NCBI RefSeq assembly: GCF_009914755.1
Contig: NC_060931.1
Source of the DNA: the human T2T-CHM13v2.0 reference genome, Homo sapiens
Length of the DNA stretch: 64,000 nt
Direction: 5' to 3' (one strand)
Translations under genes and position numbers: made by a program
Notes under the pieces: generated by a model
Database searches by the model: none
Told to the model about the DNA's origin: nothing
Seen by the model: the letters and a program-made list of their open reading frames with translations, nothing else
In this document: positions 1-13,299 of the stretch, piece after piece
Layout: each line of letters opens with the position of its first letter
Numbering within the stretch: position 1 is the first letter of the stretch

Positions 1-2476
1 GTGTGCATTCATGTCACAGAGTTAAACCTTTCTTTGGATTCCACAGTTTGTAAACACTGTTGTTGTAGATTCTGCAAGGAGATATTTGGAGCTCATTGAG
101 GCCAAAGGTGAAAAAGTGAATATCCCAGGAAAAAAACTAGAAGGAAGCTATCTGAGAAACAGCTTTGGGATATGTGCATTCATCTTTCAGAATTAAAATT
201 CTTTTCCTTTGGCAGTTTGGAAACGCTGCTTTTGTAGAATCTGTGAAGGGATATTAGAGAGAGCATTAAGGCCTATGATGAAAAAGGAAATATCTTTAGA
301 CAAAAAATAGAAAGAAGATTTCAGAGAAACTGCTTTGTGCTGAATGCATTCATGTCACAGAGTGAAACCTTTCTATACATTCAGCAGTTTGGAAACATTC
401 TTTTTCTCCATTCTGTGAATGGACATTTGCTATCTCACTGAGACCAATGGGAAAAAGCCAATATCCCAGGATAAAAACTAAAAGGAAACTATCTGACAGA
501 CCACTTTGTGATGTGTGCATTCATTGCACAGAGTTAAACCTTTCTTTTCATTCAGCAGTTTGGAAACATGGTTTTGGGAGAATGTGAGAAGGGATATTTC
601 AGAGTGCCTTGAGGTCTTTAGTGAAAAAGCAAATATCTTCAGATAAAAACAAGAAAGAAACTTTCTGAGAAACTGCTTTGTGTTGTGATATGTGCATTCA
701 TCTCACAGAGTTAATAATTTCTTTGAATTCTGCAGCTTGGAAACACTGTTTTTGTAGACTCTGCAAAGGGGTATTTGGGAGATCAATGAGGCCAAAGGCG
801 AAAAATCTAATATCCCAGGGTAAAATATACAGGGAAGCTATCTGAGAAACCAAATTGTGATGTGTGTATTCTTCTCACATGGTTAAACCTTTCTTTTCAT
901 TTGGCAGTTTGGAAACGCTGTTTTGGTAGTATCTGCAAAGGAATACTTGGGAGAGCATTGAGGCCTATGGTGAAAAAGGAAATCTCTTCAGTTGAAAACT
1001 AGAAAGAAGCTTTCTTAAAAACTGCCTTGTGATGTGTGTGTTCATCTCACAGAGTGAAACCTTTCTTTAGATCCAGCAGTTTGGAAACACTGTTTTTGTC
1101 CATTCTGTGAATGGACATTTGGGAGCCTTTTGAAGCCAGTGGCAAAAAATCGAATATCCCAGTATAAGAAGTAGAAGGAAGCTATCTGAGAAAACTCTTT
1201 GTGTTCTGTGAATTCATCTTGCAGAGTTAAGCCTTTCTTTTCATTTAGCAAGTTTGAAAACACTGTTTATGTAGAATATCTGAAGGGATATTTGGGAGCA
1301 CATTGAAGCCTATGGTAAAAAAAGAAATATCTTCAGAAAAAAACTAGAAAGAAGCTTTCTGAGAAACTGCTTTCTGATGTAGGCATTCATCTCACAGAGT
1401 GACACCTTTCTTTGGATTCAGCAGTTTGGAAACACTGTTTTTGTACAATTTTCGTGGAGATATTTGGGATCTCATTGAGGCCAAAGGCAAAAAAGCAAAT
1501 ATCCCAGTATAAAAACTAGAATGAAACTGAGAAATGGCTTTGTGATGTGTGCCTTCATCTCGCAGAGTTAAACTTTTCTTTTCATTCAGCAGTTTGGAAA
1601 CAATGTTTTTGTTGAATCTGTGAAGGGATATTTAGGAGAGCATTGGGGCTTATGGTGAAAAAGGAAATATCTTAGGATATAAACTAGAAAGAGGATTTCT
1701 TAGAAACTGCTTTGTGATGTGTGCATTCATCTCACAGCATTCTTTCTTTGGATCTCACAACTTTCTTTGGATCCAGCAGTTTGGAAACACTGTTTTTGTC
1801 CATTCTGCTGATGGACATTTGGGAGCCCTTTGACACCAAAGGCAAAAAAGTGAATATCCCACCATAAGAAGTAGATGGAAGCTCTGTGAGAAACCACTTT
1901 GTGTTGTGTGCCTTCATCTCATAGGGTTAAACCTTTCTTTTCTTTCAGAAATTTGGAACACTGTTTATGTAGAATCTCTGAAGGGATATTTGGGAGGGTA
2001 TTGAGGCCTATGGTGAAAAAGGAAACATCTTCGGATAAAAACTAGAGAGAAACTTTCAGAGAAACTGTCTGCTGATGTGTGCATTCATCTCACAGTGTTA
2101 AACCTTTCTTTGGATTCATCAGTTTTTAAATTCTGTTTTTGCCCATTCTGCCAATGGACATTTGGGAGCCCATTGAGGACAATGGTGAAAAAGCAAATAC
2201 CACAAGATGAAAAACTAGAAGAAAGCTATCTGAGAAATGGCTTTGTGGTGTGTGCATTCATCTTGCAGAGTTAAACCTGTCTTTGCATTCAGCACTTTGG
2301 AAACCCTGTTTTTGTAGAATCAGCAAAGGGATATTAGGGAGTGCATTGAGTCCTATGGTGAAAAAGGAAATATCTTCAGATAAAAACTACAAAGAAGCTT
2401 TCTGAGAAACTACTTTGTGATGTATGCACTCATCTCACAGAGTTAAACTTTCTTTTTGATTTAGCCATTTGGAAAC

Positions 2477-3462
2477 TGTTGTGGGAAGTCAGGAACCCCA
2501 AATGGAGGGGCCTACTGAAGCCATGACAGAAGAACATATATTGTGAAGATTTCATGGACATTTATCACTTCTCCAATCAATACCCTTATAATTTCCTATG
2601 CCAGTCTTTAATCTCTTAATCCCATCATCTTCATAAGCTGAAGATGTATGTTGCCTCAGGACCCTGTGATGATTGTGTTAACTATATAAATTGTTCATAA
2701 AGCATGTGTGTTTGAACAATATGAAATCTGGGCACCTTAAGAACAGGATAACAGCAATTTTTAGGGAACAAGGGAGATAAACTTAAAGTCTACTGCCAGT
2801 GTGCAGGGCAGGACAGAGCCATATTTCTCTTATTACTGAAAATGTATAAGAGAAATGTCATTGAATTCTTTCCAGAGTAAGAAATATTAATAATTAATAG
2901 CCTTGTGAAAAGAAAGCATTCCCAGAGGGGACTTCTAAAATGGCCACTCTCAGTGTGTCTGCATTATCCAGTTGGCGATAAGGGATGAAAACACTTCCTG
3001 ACCTCCTGCAGAGACCGCAGGCTTGCTAGGAGTAGGAAATTCCAGACTGGAGAATTCGAGTCAGACCTCTTATATGCTCTTGAAACCTGTTAAGATGTTT
3101 ATCATGACAATGGGTGCATAGCGGGACATGAAACTTCAATAGTAATTCTAGCTTTGTCCTGATCTTGTGATCTCTCCTTGATTTTCTGCCTTGTGATCTG
3201 TTTTTGCCTTTGAAGCATGTGATTTCTGTGACCCAAAACCTATTCGTAAACTACCTCTAGTTTGAAAATTGCTAATAAAAACTTGCTGGTTTTACACCTC
3301 AAGGGGCATCAGGGAACCTGCTGATATATGATGCATCCACTGGACACCCAGCTCTAAAATTTATCTCTCTTGTACTCCTTCCCTTTATTTCTAAAACCAG
3401 CCAACACTTAGGGAAAATAGAAAAGAACCTATGTTGAATTATTGGTGGTGGTTCCCCTAATA
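2477..3462 (+). mobile_element. Solo LTR, MER11 family (HERV-K11/HML-8)
   Basis: Begins tgttgtgggaagtcaggaacccc, ends gttcccctaata; AATAAA at 3274-3279; 6-bp TSD GGAAAC at 2471-2476 and 3463-3468. Confidence 0.9.
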
Positions 3463-6400
3463 GGAAACACTGATTTGTCCATTCGGTGAATGGACATTTG
3501 GGAGCTCATTGATGTCAATGGTGAAAAAGTGAATATTCCAGGATAAAAACCAGAAGGAAGCTATCCGAGAAACTGCTTTGTGATGTGTGGGTTCCTCTCA
3601 CACAGTGAAACCTTTCTTTTCATTCAGCACTTTGGAAACTGTTTTGGTAGAATCTGTGAAGGGGTATTTGGGAGCACATTGAGGCCTATGGTGAAAAAGG
3701 AAATATCCTCAGATAAAAACTAGAAAGAAGCTTTCTGAGAAACTTCTTTGTGATGTATGCATTCATCTAAAAGAGTTAAACCTTTCCTTGGATTCTGCAG
3801 TTCGGAAACACTGTTTTTGTAGAATCTGTGAAGGTGTATTAGGGAGCTCATTGAGGCCAAAGCCAAAAAAGCTAATATCCCAGGATGAAAACTAGATGGA
3901 AGCTATCTGAGAAAGTGCTATTTGAAGTGTGCAGTTATTTGGCAGATTTAGGCCTTTCTTTTCATTCGTCAGTTTAAAAACCACGTTTTTGTACAATCTG
4001 CGAAGGGATATTTGGCCGTGCATTGTGGCCTATTTTGAGAAAGGAAACATCTTCAGATAAAAACTAGAAAGAAGCTTTCTTTGAAACTGCTTTCTGATGT
4101 GTGGATTCACCTCACAGAATTAAGCCTTTCTTTGCATTCAGCAGTTTGGTACCATGGCTTTTGTCCATTATGTGAATGGACATTTGGGAGCTCATTGAGG
4201 CCAATGGAGAAAGAGTGAGTATCCCAGGATAGAAATTAAAAGAAAACTATCTGACAAACTGCTTAGTGATGTATGCCTTCATCTTGCAGAGTGGAATCTT
4301 TCTTTTCATTCAGCAGTTTGGAAGCGCTGTTTTTGTAAAATCTGTGAAGTGATATTTGGGAGTGAATTGAGGCCTGGTTGAAAAGTAAATATCTAAGATA
4401 AGAATTAGAAAGAAGCTTTCTGAGAAACTGCTTTGTGATGAGTGCATTAATCTCACAGAATTAAAACTTTCTTTGGATTCAGCACTTTGGTATCATGGAT
4501 TTGTCCACTTTGCATATAGCCATTTGGGAGTTAATTCAGGCCAATGGTGAAAAAGCAAATATCCTAGGATAAAAACTAGAAGAAAAACATCTGACAAACC
4601 CATTGTGATGTGTGCCTTCATCTAGCAGACGTAAAAGTTTCTTTTCATTCATCAGTTTGGAAACACTGTTTTGGTAGAATCTGTGAAGGGTTATTTGCAA
4701 GCACATTGAGGCCTATAATGAAAAAGGAAATATCTTCATATAAAAACTAGAAAGAAGCTTTCTCAGAAACTGCTTTGTAATGTGTGCATTCGGCTCATAG
4801 AGCTAAACCTTTCCTTTGATTGAGCAGTTTGGTTAACACTGTTTTTGTACATTATGAGAGTCGACATTTGGCAGCTCCTTGAGGCCAAAGTCGAAAAAGA
4901 GAATATTCCAGCATAAAATCTAGAAGGAAGTTAACTGAGAAACCACTTTTTGATGTGTGCATTCATCTCCAGAGTAAAACATTACTTTTCATTCAGCAGT
5001 TTGGAAACACTGTTTTGGTAGAATATTTTAAGGGATATTTGGGAGTGTTTTGATGGCCATGGTGAAAAAGGAAATGTCTTTAGATGAAAACTAGAAAAAA
5101 CTTTTTGAGAAACTGCTTTGTGATTTGTGGATTCATCTCACAGAGTTAAACCTTTCTTTGGATTCAGCAGTTTGGAAACACTTTTTTTGTAAAATCCGTG
5201 AAGGGATATTTGTGAGTTCATTGAGGCCAAAGGCAAAAAATTGACTATCCCAGGATAAAAACTAGAAGGAAGTTATCTGAGAAACTGCTATGTGATGTGT
5301 GCATTCATCTGGCAGAGTTAAATTTTGTTTTCATTCAGCATTTTGGAAACTCTGTTTTGGTAGAATCTGTGAAGGGATATTGAGAGCACATTGAGGCATA
5401 AAGTGAAATAGGTAATATCTTCAGATGAAAAATAGAAAGAAGATTTATAAGAAACTGCTTTGTCATGTGTGCATTCATCTCACAGAGTTAAAACTTTTTT
5501 TCGATACAGCAGTTTGGAAACACTGTTTTTGTAGAATCTGCAAAAGGATATTTTGGAGCTCATTGAGGCCAATGGCAAATAAGTGAATATCCCAGGATAA
5601 AAACAAGAAGGAAGGTATCTGAGAAACCACTTAGTGATGTGTGCATTCATCTCACAGAGTTAAAACTTTCTTTTCATTCAGCAGTTTGGAAGCACTTTTT
5701 ATGTAGAATCTCTGGATATTTGGGAGCAAGCACATTGAGGCCTATGGTGAAAAAGGAAATATCTTCAGATAAAAACTAGAAAGAAGCTTTCTGAATAACT
5801 GCATTGTGATGTGTGCATTCATCTCACAGAGTTAAAACTTTATTGGATTCAGCAGTTTGAAAACACTGTTTTTATCTATTCTGCAAACAGACATTTGGGA
5901 GCTCATTAAGGCCAATGGCAAAAAAGATAATATCAAAGGATAAAAACTAGAAGAAAGCTATCTGAGAAACAATTCTGTGATGTGTCCTTTCATCTTGCAG
6001 ATTTAAACCTTTCTTTTCATTCAGTGCTTTGGAAACACTGTTTTGGTAGAAACTGCGAGGGGATGCTTGGGAATGCAACGAGGCCTATAGTGAAAAAGGA
6101 AATATCTTCCGATGAAAACTAGAAAGAAGCTTTCTGAGAAACTGCTTTGAGATGTGTGCATTCATCTCACAGAGTTAAATATTTATTTGGATTCAGCAGT
6201 TTGGAAACACTGTTTTTGTAGAATCTGTGAAGGGATACTTTACAGCTCATTGAGGTTATAAGCAAAAAAGCAAATACACCTGGATAAAAACTAGAAGGAA
6301 GCAATCTGAGAAACTGCTGTGTGATGTGTGCATTCATCTCACAGAGTTAAACTTTTCTTTTCATTCAGAATTTTGGAAACACTGCTTTTGTAGAATCTGT

Positions 6401-9400
6401 GAAGGAATATTGGTGGTGCATTGAGGCCTACAGTGAAAAGAAAATATCTTCAAATGAAAACTAGGAAGAAGGTTTCTGAGCAACTGCTTTGTGACGTGTG
6501 CATTAGTCTCACAGAGTGAAATGTTTCGTTTTATTCAGCAGTGTGGAAACACTGTATTTGTCCATTCTATGAATGGACATTTCTGAGCTCATTGAGACCA
6601 ATGGCGAAAAAGTGAATATCCCAGGATGAAAACCAGAAGAAAGCTGTCTGAGAAACCGCTTTCTGATGTGTGCATTCACGCCACAGAGTTAAACCTTTAT
6701 TCTATCCAGCAGTTTGGCAACACTGTTTCAGTAGAACCTGCGAAGGGATATTTGGGAGCACATTGAGGCTGATGGTAAAGAAGGAAATATCTTCAGATAA
6801 AAACCAGAAAGAAGCTTTCTGAGCAAATGCTTTGTGATGTCTGCATTCATTTCACAGAGTTACACATTTCTTTGGAGTCAGCCATTTGAAAACACTGCTT
6901 TGTAGAATCTGCAAAGGAATATTTGATAGATTATTATGGTGATAGGTGAAAAAGTGAAAATCCCAAAAAAAAACTACAAGGAAGCTATCTAAGAAACCAC
7001 TTTCTGATGTGTGCATTCATCTGGCAGAGGTAAATATTTTTTTTCATTCAATAGTTGGGAAGCACTGTTTTGGTAGGATCTGCAAAAGGATATTTGGGAG
7101 TGCATAGAGGCCTATGGTGAAAAAGGAAATATCTTCAGATAAAAGCTAGCAAGAAGCTTTTGGAGAAACCGCTTTATGATGTGTGCATTCATGTCTCAGA
7201 GTGAAACCTTTCTTTGGATTCAGCAGTTTGGAAACACTGTTTTTGTAGAATCTGCAAAGGGATATTTGGGAGCTCATTGAGGCCAAATGCAAAAAAGTGA
7301 TTATCCCTGGATAATAACTAGAAGGAAGGTACCTTAGATACCCATTTATGATGTATGCATTCATCCCACAGAGATAAACCTTTCTTTTCATTCAGCAGTT
7401 TGGAAACACCGTTTTGGTAGAATCTGCAAAGGGATATTTGATAGCTCATTGAGGACACAGGAGAAAAAGTGAATATCCCAGGATAAAAATTAGAAGGTAG
7501 CTATCTGAGAAACCGCTTTGTGATGTTTGCATTCATCTCGCAGAGTTAAACCTTTCCTTTCATTTGGCAGTATGGAGACACTGTTTTTGAAGAATCTGTG
7601 CAGGGATATTTAGGAGCTCATGGAGGTCTATGGTTAAGAAGGAAATATCTTCAGATAAAAACTAGAAAGAAGCTTTCTGAGAAACTGTTTTGTGATGTGT
7701 GCATTCATCTCATGGAGTTAAAACGTTCTTTGGATTAAGCAGTTTGGAAACACTGTTTTTGTCCATTCTGTGAATGGATATTTGGGATTTCATTGGGATT
7801 TCACTGGGGCCATTGGCAAAAAATCGAATATCCCAGGATAAAAACTACAATAAAGCTACTTCAGAAACTGCTATGAGATGTGTGCATTGATCTCACAGAG
7901 TTAAACCTTTCTTTTCATTCAGCAGTTTGGAAACACTGTTTTGATAGAATCTGCGAAGGAATAATTGAGATTGCATGGAGGCTGATGGTGAAAAAGGAAA
8001 TATATTCAGATAAAAACCGTAAAGAAGCTTTCTTAGAAACTGTTTTGTGATGTGTGCATTCATCTCACAGAGTTAAACCTTCCTTTAAATTCAGTCTTTT
8101 GGAAACACTGTTTTAGTGCAATCTGCAAATGGATATTTGATAGCTCATAGAGTCCATAAATGAAAAAGAAACTATCCCATTTTAAAAACTAGAAGGAAAC
8201 TATCTGAGAATTTGCTTTGTGATGTGTGCATTCATCTCACAGAGTTAAACCTTTCTTTACATTAAGACATTTGGGAATGCTGTTTTGGTAGGATCTGCAA
8301 AGGGATATTTGGGAGCACATGGAGGCCTATGGTGAAAAAGAAAATATCTTCAGATAAAAACTAGAAAGAAGCTTTCTTAGTAACTGCTTTGTGATGTGTG
8401 CATTTATCTCACCTTTCTTTGGATTCAGCAGTTTGGAAACACGTTTTTGTAGAATCTGTGAAGGTATTTTTAGGGGCTCATTGAGGACAAAGGTGAAAAA
8501 GCTAATATCACAATATAAAAAATAGAAGGAAGCTATCTGAGAAACTGTTTTGGGATGTGTGCATTCATATCACAGAGTTAAACCTTTCTTTTCATTCAGA
8601 AGTTTGGAAACACCTTTGGTAGGATCTACAAAGGGATATCTGGGAGTGCATTGAAGACTATGGTGAAAAAGGAAATACCTTCTCATAAAAACTAGGAAGA
8701 ATCTTTCTGAGAAACTGCTTTGTGATGTGTGCATTCATCTCACAAATTTAAACCTTTCTTTGGATTCACCAGTTAGGAAACATTGTTTTCTTAGAGCCTG
8801 TGAAGGGGTATTTCAGAGCTCATTGAGTCCAAAAGTGAAAAAGTGAATATCCCAGGAAAAAAAGTAGAAGGAAGCTATCTGAGTAACCGCTTTTTGGTGT
8901 GTGCATTCATCTCACAGAGTTAAATCTTTCTTTTCATTCAGCAGTTTGGAAACACTGTTTTGATAGAATCTGCAAAGGGATCACTGGGAGCCCATTGAGG
9001 CCTCTGGTGAAAAAGGATATATCTTCAGATAAATCTAGAAAGAAACTTTCTGAGAAACTGCTTTGTGATGTATGCATTCGTCTCACTGAAGTAAACCTTT
9101 CTATGGATTCAGCAGTTTGGAAACACTGTTTTGGTAAATTTGCAAAGGTATATTTGGGAGCACATTGAGTCCTATGGTGCAAAAAGAAATAACTTCAGAT
9201 AAAAACTAGAATAAATCTTTCTGAGAAACTGCTTTGTGATAGGTGCATTCATCTCACAGAGTTAAACCTTTCTTTCAATTCAGCAGTTTGGAAACACTGT
9301 TTTTGTGCATTCTGCGAGTGGACATTTGGCAGCTCATTGAGGCCAATGGTGAAAAAGTGAATATCCCAAGAAAATACTAGATAGAAGTTATCTGAGAAAC

Positions 9401-12229
9401 TGCTTTGTGATGTGTCCATTCATCTCAAAGAGATAAAGGTTTCTTTTCATTCAGCAGTTTGGCAACAATGTTTTGCTAGAATCTTTGAAGGGATATTTGG
9501 GAGCACATTGAGACGTTTTTTGAAAAAGGAATACGAGAAGGAAGCTTTCTGAGAAACTGCTTTTTGTTGTGTGAATTCAACTCACAGAAATAAAACTTTA
9601 TTTTCATTCAGTAATTTGGAAATACTTGTTTTCTACAATCTGCAAAGGGATATTTGGGAGCTCATTGAATCCAAAGGTGAAAATGTGAATATTCCAGGAT
9701 AAAAACTAGAAGGAAGAAATATGACAAGCTGATTTCTGATGTGTGCATTCATCTCAGTGAGTTAAACCTTTCTTTTCATTCACCAGTTTAGAAACACTGT
9801 TTTTGTAGAATCTGCAAAAGGATATTTGGCAGCGCATTGAGGCCTCTGGTGAAAAATGAATTATCTACAGGTAAAAAATAAAAAGAAGCTTTTTGAAAAA
9901 ACTGCTTCATGATGTGTGCATTCATTTCACAGAGTTAAACTTTTCTTTCCATTCAGCAATTTGGAAACACTGTTTTTGTCCATTCTGTGAAAGGACATTT
10001 GGGAGCTCACTGAGGCCAATGGCAAAAAAGTGAATATCCCAGGATAAAAGCTAGAAGCCAGCTATGTGAGAAACTGGTTTGTGATGTGTATTTTCATCTC
10101 ACGGAGTTAACCCCATCTTTGGGTTCATCAAGTTGCAAACACTGTTTTTGTAGAATCCATGAAGTGATATTTGAGAGCTCACTTAAGCCAATGGTAAAAA
10201 AGAAAATATCCCAAAATAAGAACTAGAAGGAAACTATCTGAGAAACTGCTTTATGAAGTTCATCTTGAAGAGGTAAACCTTACTTTTCATTCTGCAGTTT
10301 GGTAACACTGCTTTACCAGAAAATGTTAGGGCATATTTCGGAGTGCATGGACATCTATGGTGAAAAAGGAAATATTTTCAGATAAAAACTAGAAATTAGC
10401 TTTCTGAGAAACTGCTTTGTGGTGTGTGCATTCACCTCACAGAGTTAAAACTTTTTTTAGATTCAGCTGTTTGGAAACACTGTTTTTGTCCATTCTACAA
10501 AGGGAGGTTTGGGAGCTCACTGAGGCCAAAGGAGAAAAAACGAGTATCCCAGGATAAAAACTGGAAGGAAGCTATCTGAGAAACTCCTCTGTGATGTGTG
10601 CATTCATCTCACAGAGTTAAACATTTCTTTTCATTCAGCAATTTGGAAACACTGTCTTGGTAGAATCTACAAAGGATACTTGGTAGGGCATTGAGGCCTG
10701 TGGTGAAAAAGGAAATATCTTCAGACAAAAACAAGAAAGAAGCTTTCTGAGAAACTGCTTTGTGATATGTGTATTTATCTCACAGAGTTAAACCTTCCTT
10801 GGGATTCAACAGTTTGAAAACACTGTTTTTATTGAATCTGCAAAGGGATATTTTGGAGGTGAATGAGGCTAAAGGCAAAAAAGGGAATATTCCAGTATAA
10901 AAACTAGAAGGAAGCTATCTGAGAAACCCCTTTATGATGTGTGCATTACTCTTGCAGAGTTACACCTTTTTTTCATTCAGCAGTTTGGAAACACCGTTTT
11001 CATAGAATCTTCCAAGGGATATTTTGGAGTGCCTGGAGTCCTATGGTGAAAAAGAGAATACTTTCAAATAAACAGTAGAAAGAAGCTTTCTCAGATAAAA
11101 GCTAGAAAGAAGCTTTCTCAGAAACTGCTTTGTAATGTGTGCATTCACCTCACAGAGTTAAAACTTGCTTTGGTTTCAGCAATTTGGAAACAATGTTTTT
11201 GTAGAATCTGCAAAGGGATATCTGGGAGAGCATTAAGGCCTATGGTGAAAAATGAAATATCTACAGATAAAAAATAGAAAGAAGCTTTCTGAGAAACTGA
11301 TTTGTGGTGTGTGCATTCATCTCACAGAGTTAAAACTTTCTTTGGATTCAGCTGTTTGGAAATGCTGTTTTTGTCCATTCTGCAAAGGGATATTTGGGAG
11401 CTCATTGAGGCCAAAGGTGAAAAAGCAAATATCCCAGGATGAAAACTAGAAGGAAGCTATCTGAGAAACTGCTTTTTGATCCATACAATCATCTCACAGA
11501 GTTAAAACTTTCTTTCCATTCAGCAGTTTGGAAAAACTCTTTAGGTAGAGTCTGCAAAGGGATATTTGGGAGCACATTGAGTACTCTGGTGAAACAGAAA
11601 ATATATTCAGATGAAAACTAGAAAGAAGCTTTCTGAGAAAGTGCTTTCTGATGTGTGTATTTGTCTCATACAGTTCTACCCTTCTTTGTATTCAGCAGTT
11701 TGGAAAAAGTGTTTTTGTGGAATCTGCAAAGGGATATTTGGGAGGTCTTTGAGGCCAATGGCAAAAAAGTGAATATCCCATGATAAAAACTAGAAGGAAG
11801 CTATCCGAGAAACGGTTTTGTGGTGTGTACATTTACCTCACTGAGTTAAACCTCTCTTTTCCTTCAGCAGTTTGGAATCAATATTTTTGTAGAATCTGCA
11901 AAAAGATATTTGGGAGTGCACTGAGGTCTATTTTGAAAAAGGAAATGTCTTTGGATAAAAACTAGAAAGAAGCTTTCTGAGAAACTGCTTTGTGATGTTT
12001 GCATTCATCTCACAGAGTTAAACCTTTCTGTAGATTCAACAGTTTGGAAACACTGTTTTTGTAGAATCTGCAAAGGGGTATTTGGTAGCTCATTGAGGCC
12101 AAAGGTGAAAAAGTGACTATCCCAGCATAAAAACAGGAAGGAAGTTATCTGAGAAACCGCTTTGTGATGTGTGCATTCATCTCATAGAGTTAAATCTTTC
12201 GTTTCAATCAGCAGTTTGGAAACACTGTT

Positions 12230-13299
12230 TATTGGGGAACCTGCCCCAATAGGTAGGTTCTTTCCTATTTTCCCTAAGCATCAGCTGGTTTGAGAAATAA
12301 AGGGACAGAGTACAAACGAGAGAAATTTTAAAGCTGGGCATCTGGGGGAGACATCACATATCAGTAGGTTCTATGATGCCTCCCAAGCTGCAAAACCAGC
12401 AAGTTTTAGGGAGTTTCAAAAGGGGAGGAAATGTGTGAATATGTGTGGGTCACAAACAACAAGTACTTCACAAGGTAATAGAGTATCACAAGGCAAGTGG
12501 AGGCAGGGCGAGATCACAGGACCACAGGACTGGGGCAAAATTAAAATTGCTAATGAAGTTTCAGGCACCATTGTCGTTGATAACATCTTATCAGGAGACA
12601 GGGTTTTGAGAGCAACCAGTCTGACCAAAATTTATTAGGCGGGAAATTCTTCTACCTAATATGCCTGGGAGCACTATGGGAGACTGGGGTCTATTGCACC
12701 CCTACAGTCTACAGACCATAAAAGATGGCCTCACCTGGGGGGGGCGTCTATAGACCTAAACCCAAGCATGTATTCTCTTTCCCGGGGATATTCCTTGCTG
12801 AGAAAAATAATTCAGTGATATTTCTCCCATTTGCTTTTGAAAGAAGAGAAATATGGCTCTGTTCCACCCAGCTCCCTGGCAGTCAGAGTTTAAGGTTATC
12901 TCTCTTATTCCCTAAACAATTGCTGGCATCCTTTTCTTTTTTCAATATGCCAAGATTTCATATTCTTCAAACACACATGCTCTACAATTTGTGCAGTTAA
13001 CGCAATTATCACATGGTCCTGAGGTGACATACATCCTCCTTGGCTTACAAGATGACAGGATTAAGAGATTAAAGTAAAGACAGGCCTAGGAAATCACAAG
13101 GCTATGGATTGGGGAAGCGATAAGTGTCCACGAAATCTTCGCAGTTTATGTTTAGAGATTGCAGTAAAGACAGGCATATGAAATTATAAAAGTATCAATT
13201 TGGGGAACTAATGAGTGTCCATGAAATCTTCACAATCCACATTCTTCTGCCATGGCTTCAGCCAGTCCCTCCATTTGGGGTCCCTGACTTCCCACAACA
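12230..13299 (-). mobile_element. Solo LTR, MER11 family (HERV-K11/HML-8), different variant from the first
   Basis: Reverse complement begins tgttgtgggaagtcagggacccc and ends ggttccccaata; 6-bp TSD ACTGTT at 12224-12229 and 13300-13305; two copies of the 5' internal repeat (about 13080-13240). Confidence 0.9.

Noticed and set aside
12230-12251. Hairpin tattgggg-aacctg-ccccaata
   Set aside because: It appears to be the normal U5-terminal inverted repeat of MER11-type LTRs.
2477-13299. The two LTRs as ends of one provirus or of an inversion
   Set aside because: They are in opposite orientation, each has its own intact TSD, only satellite lies between them and its orientation is unchanged.
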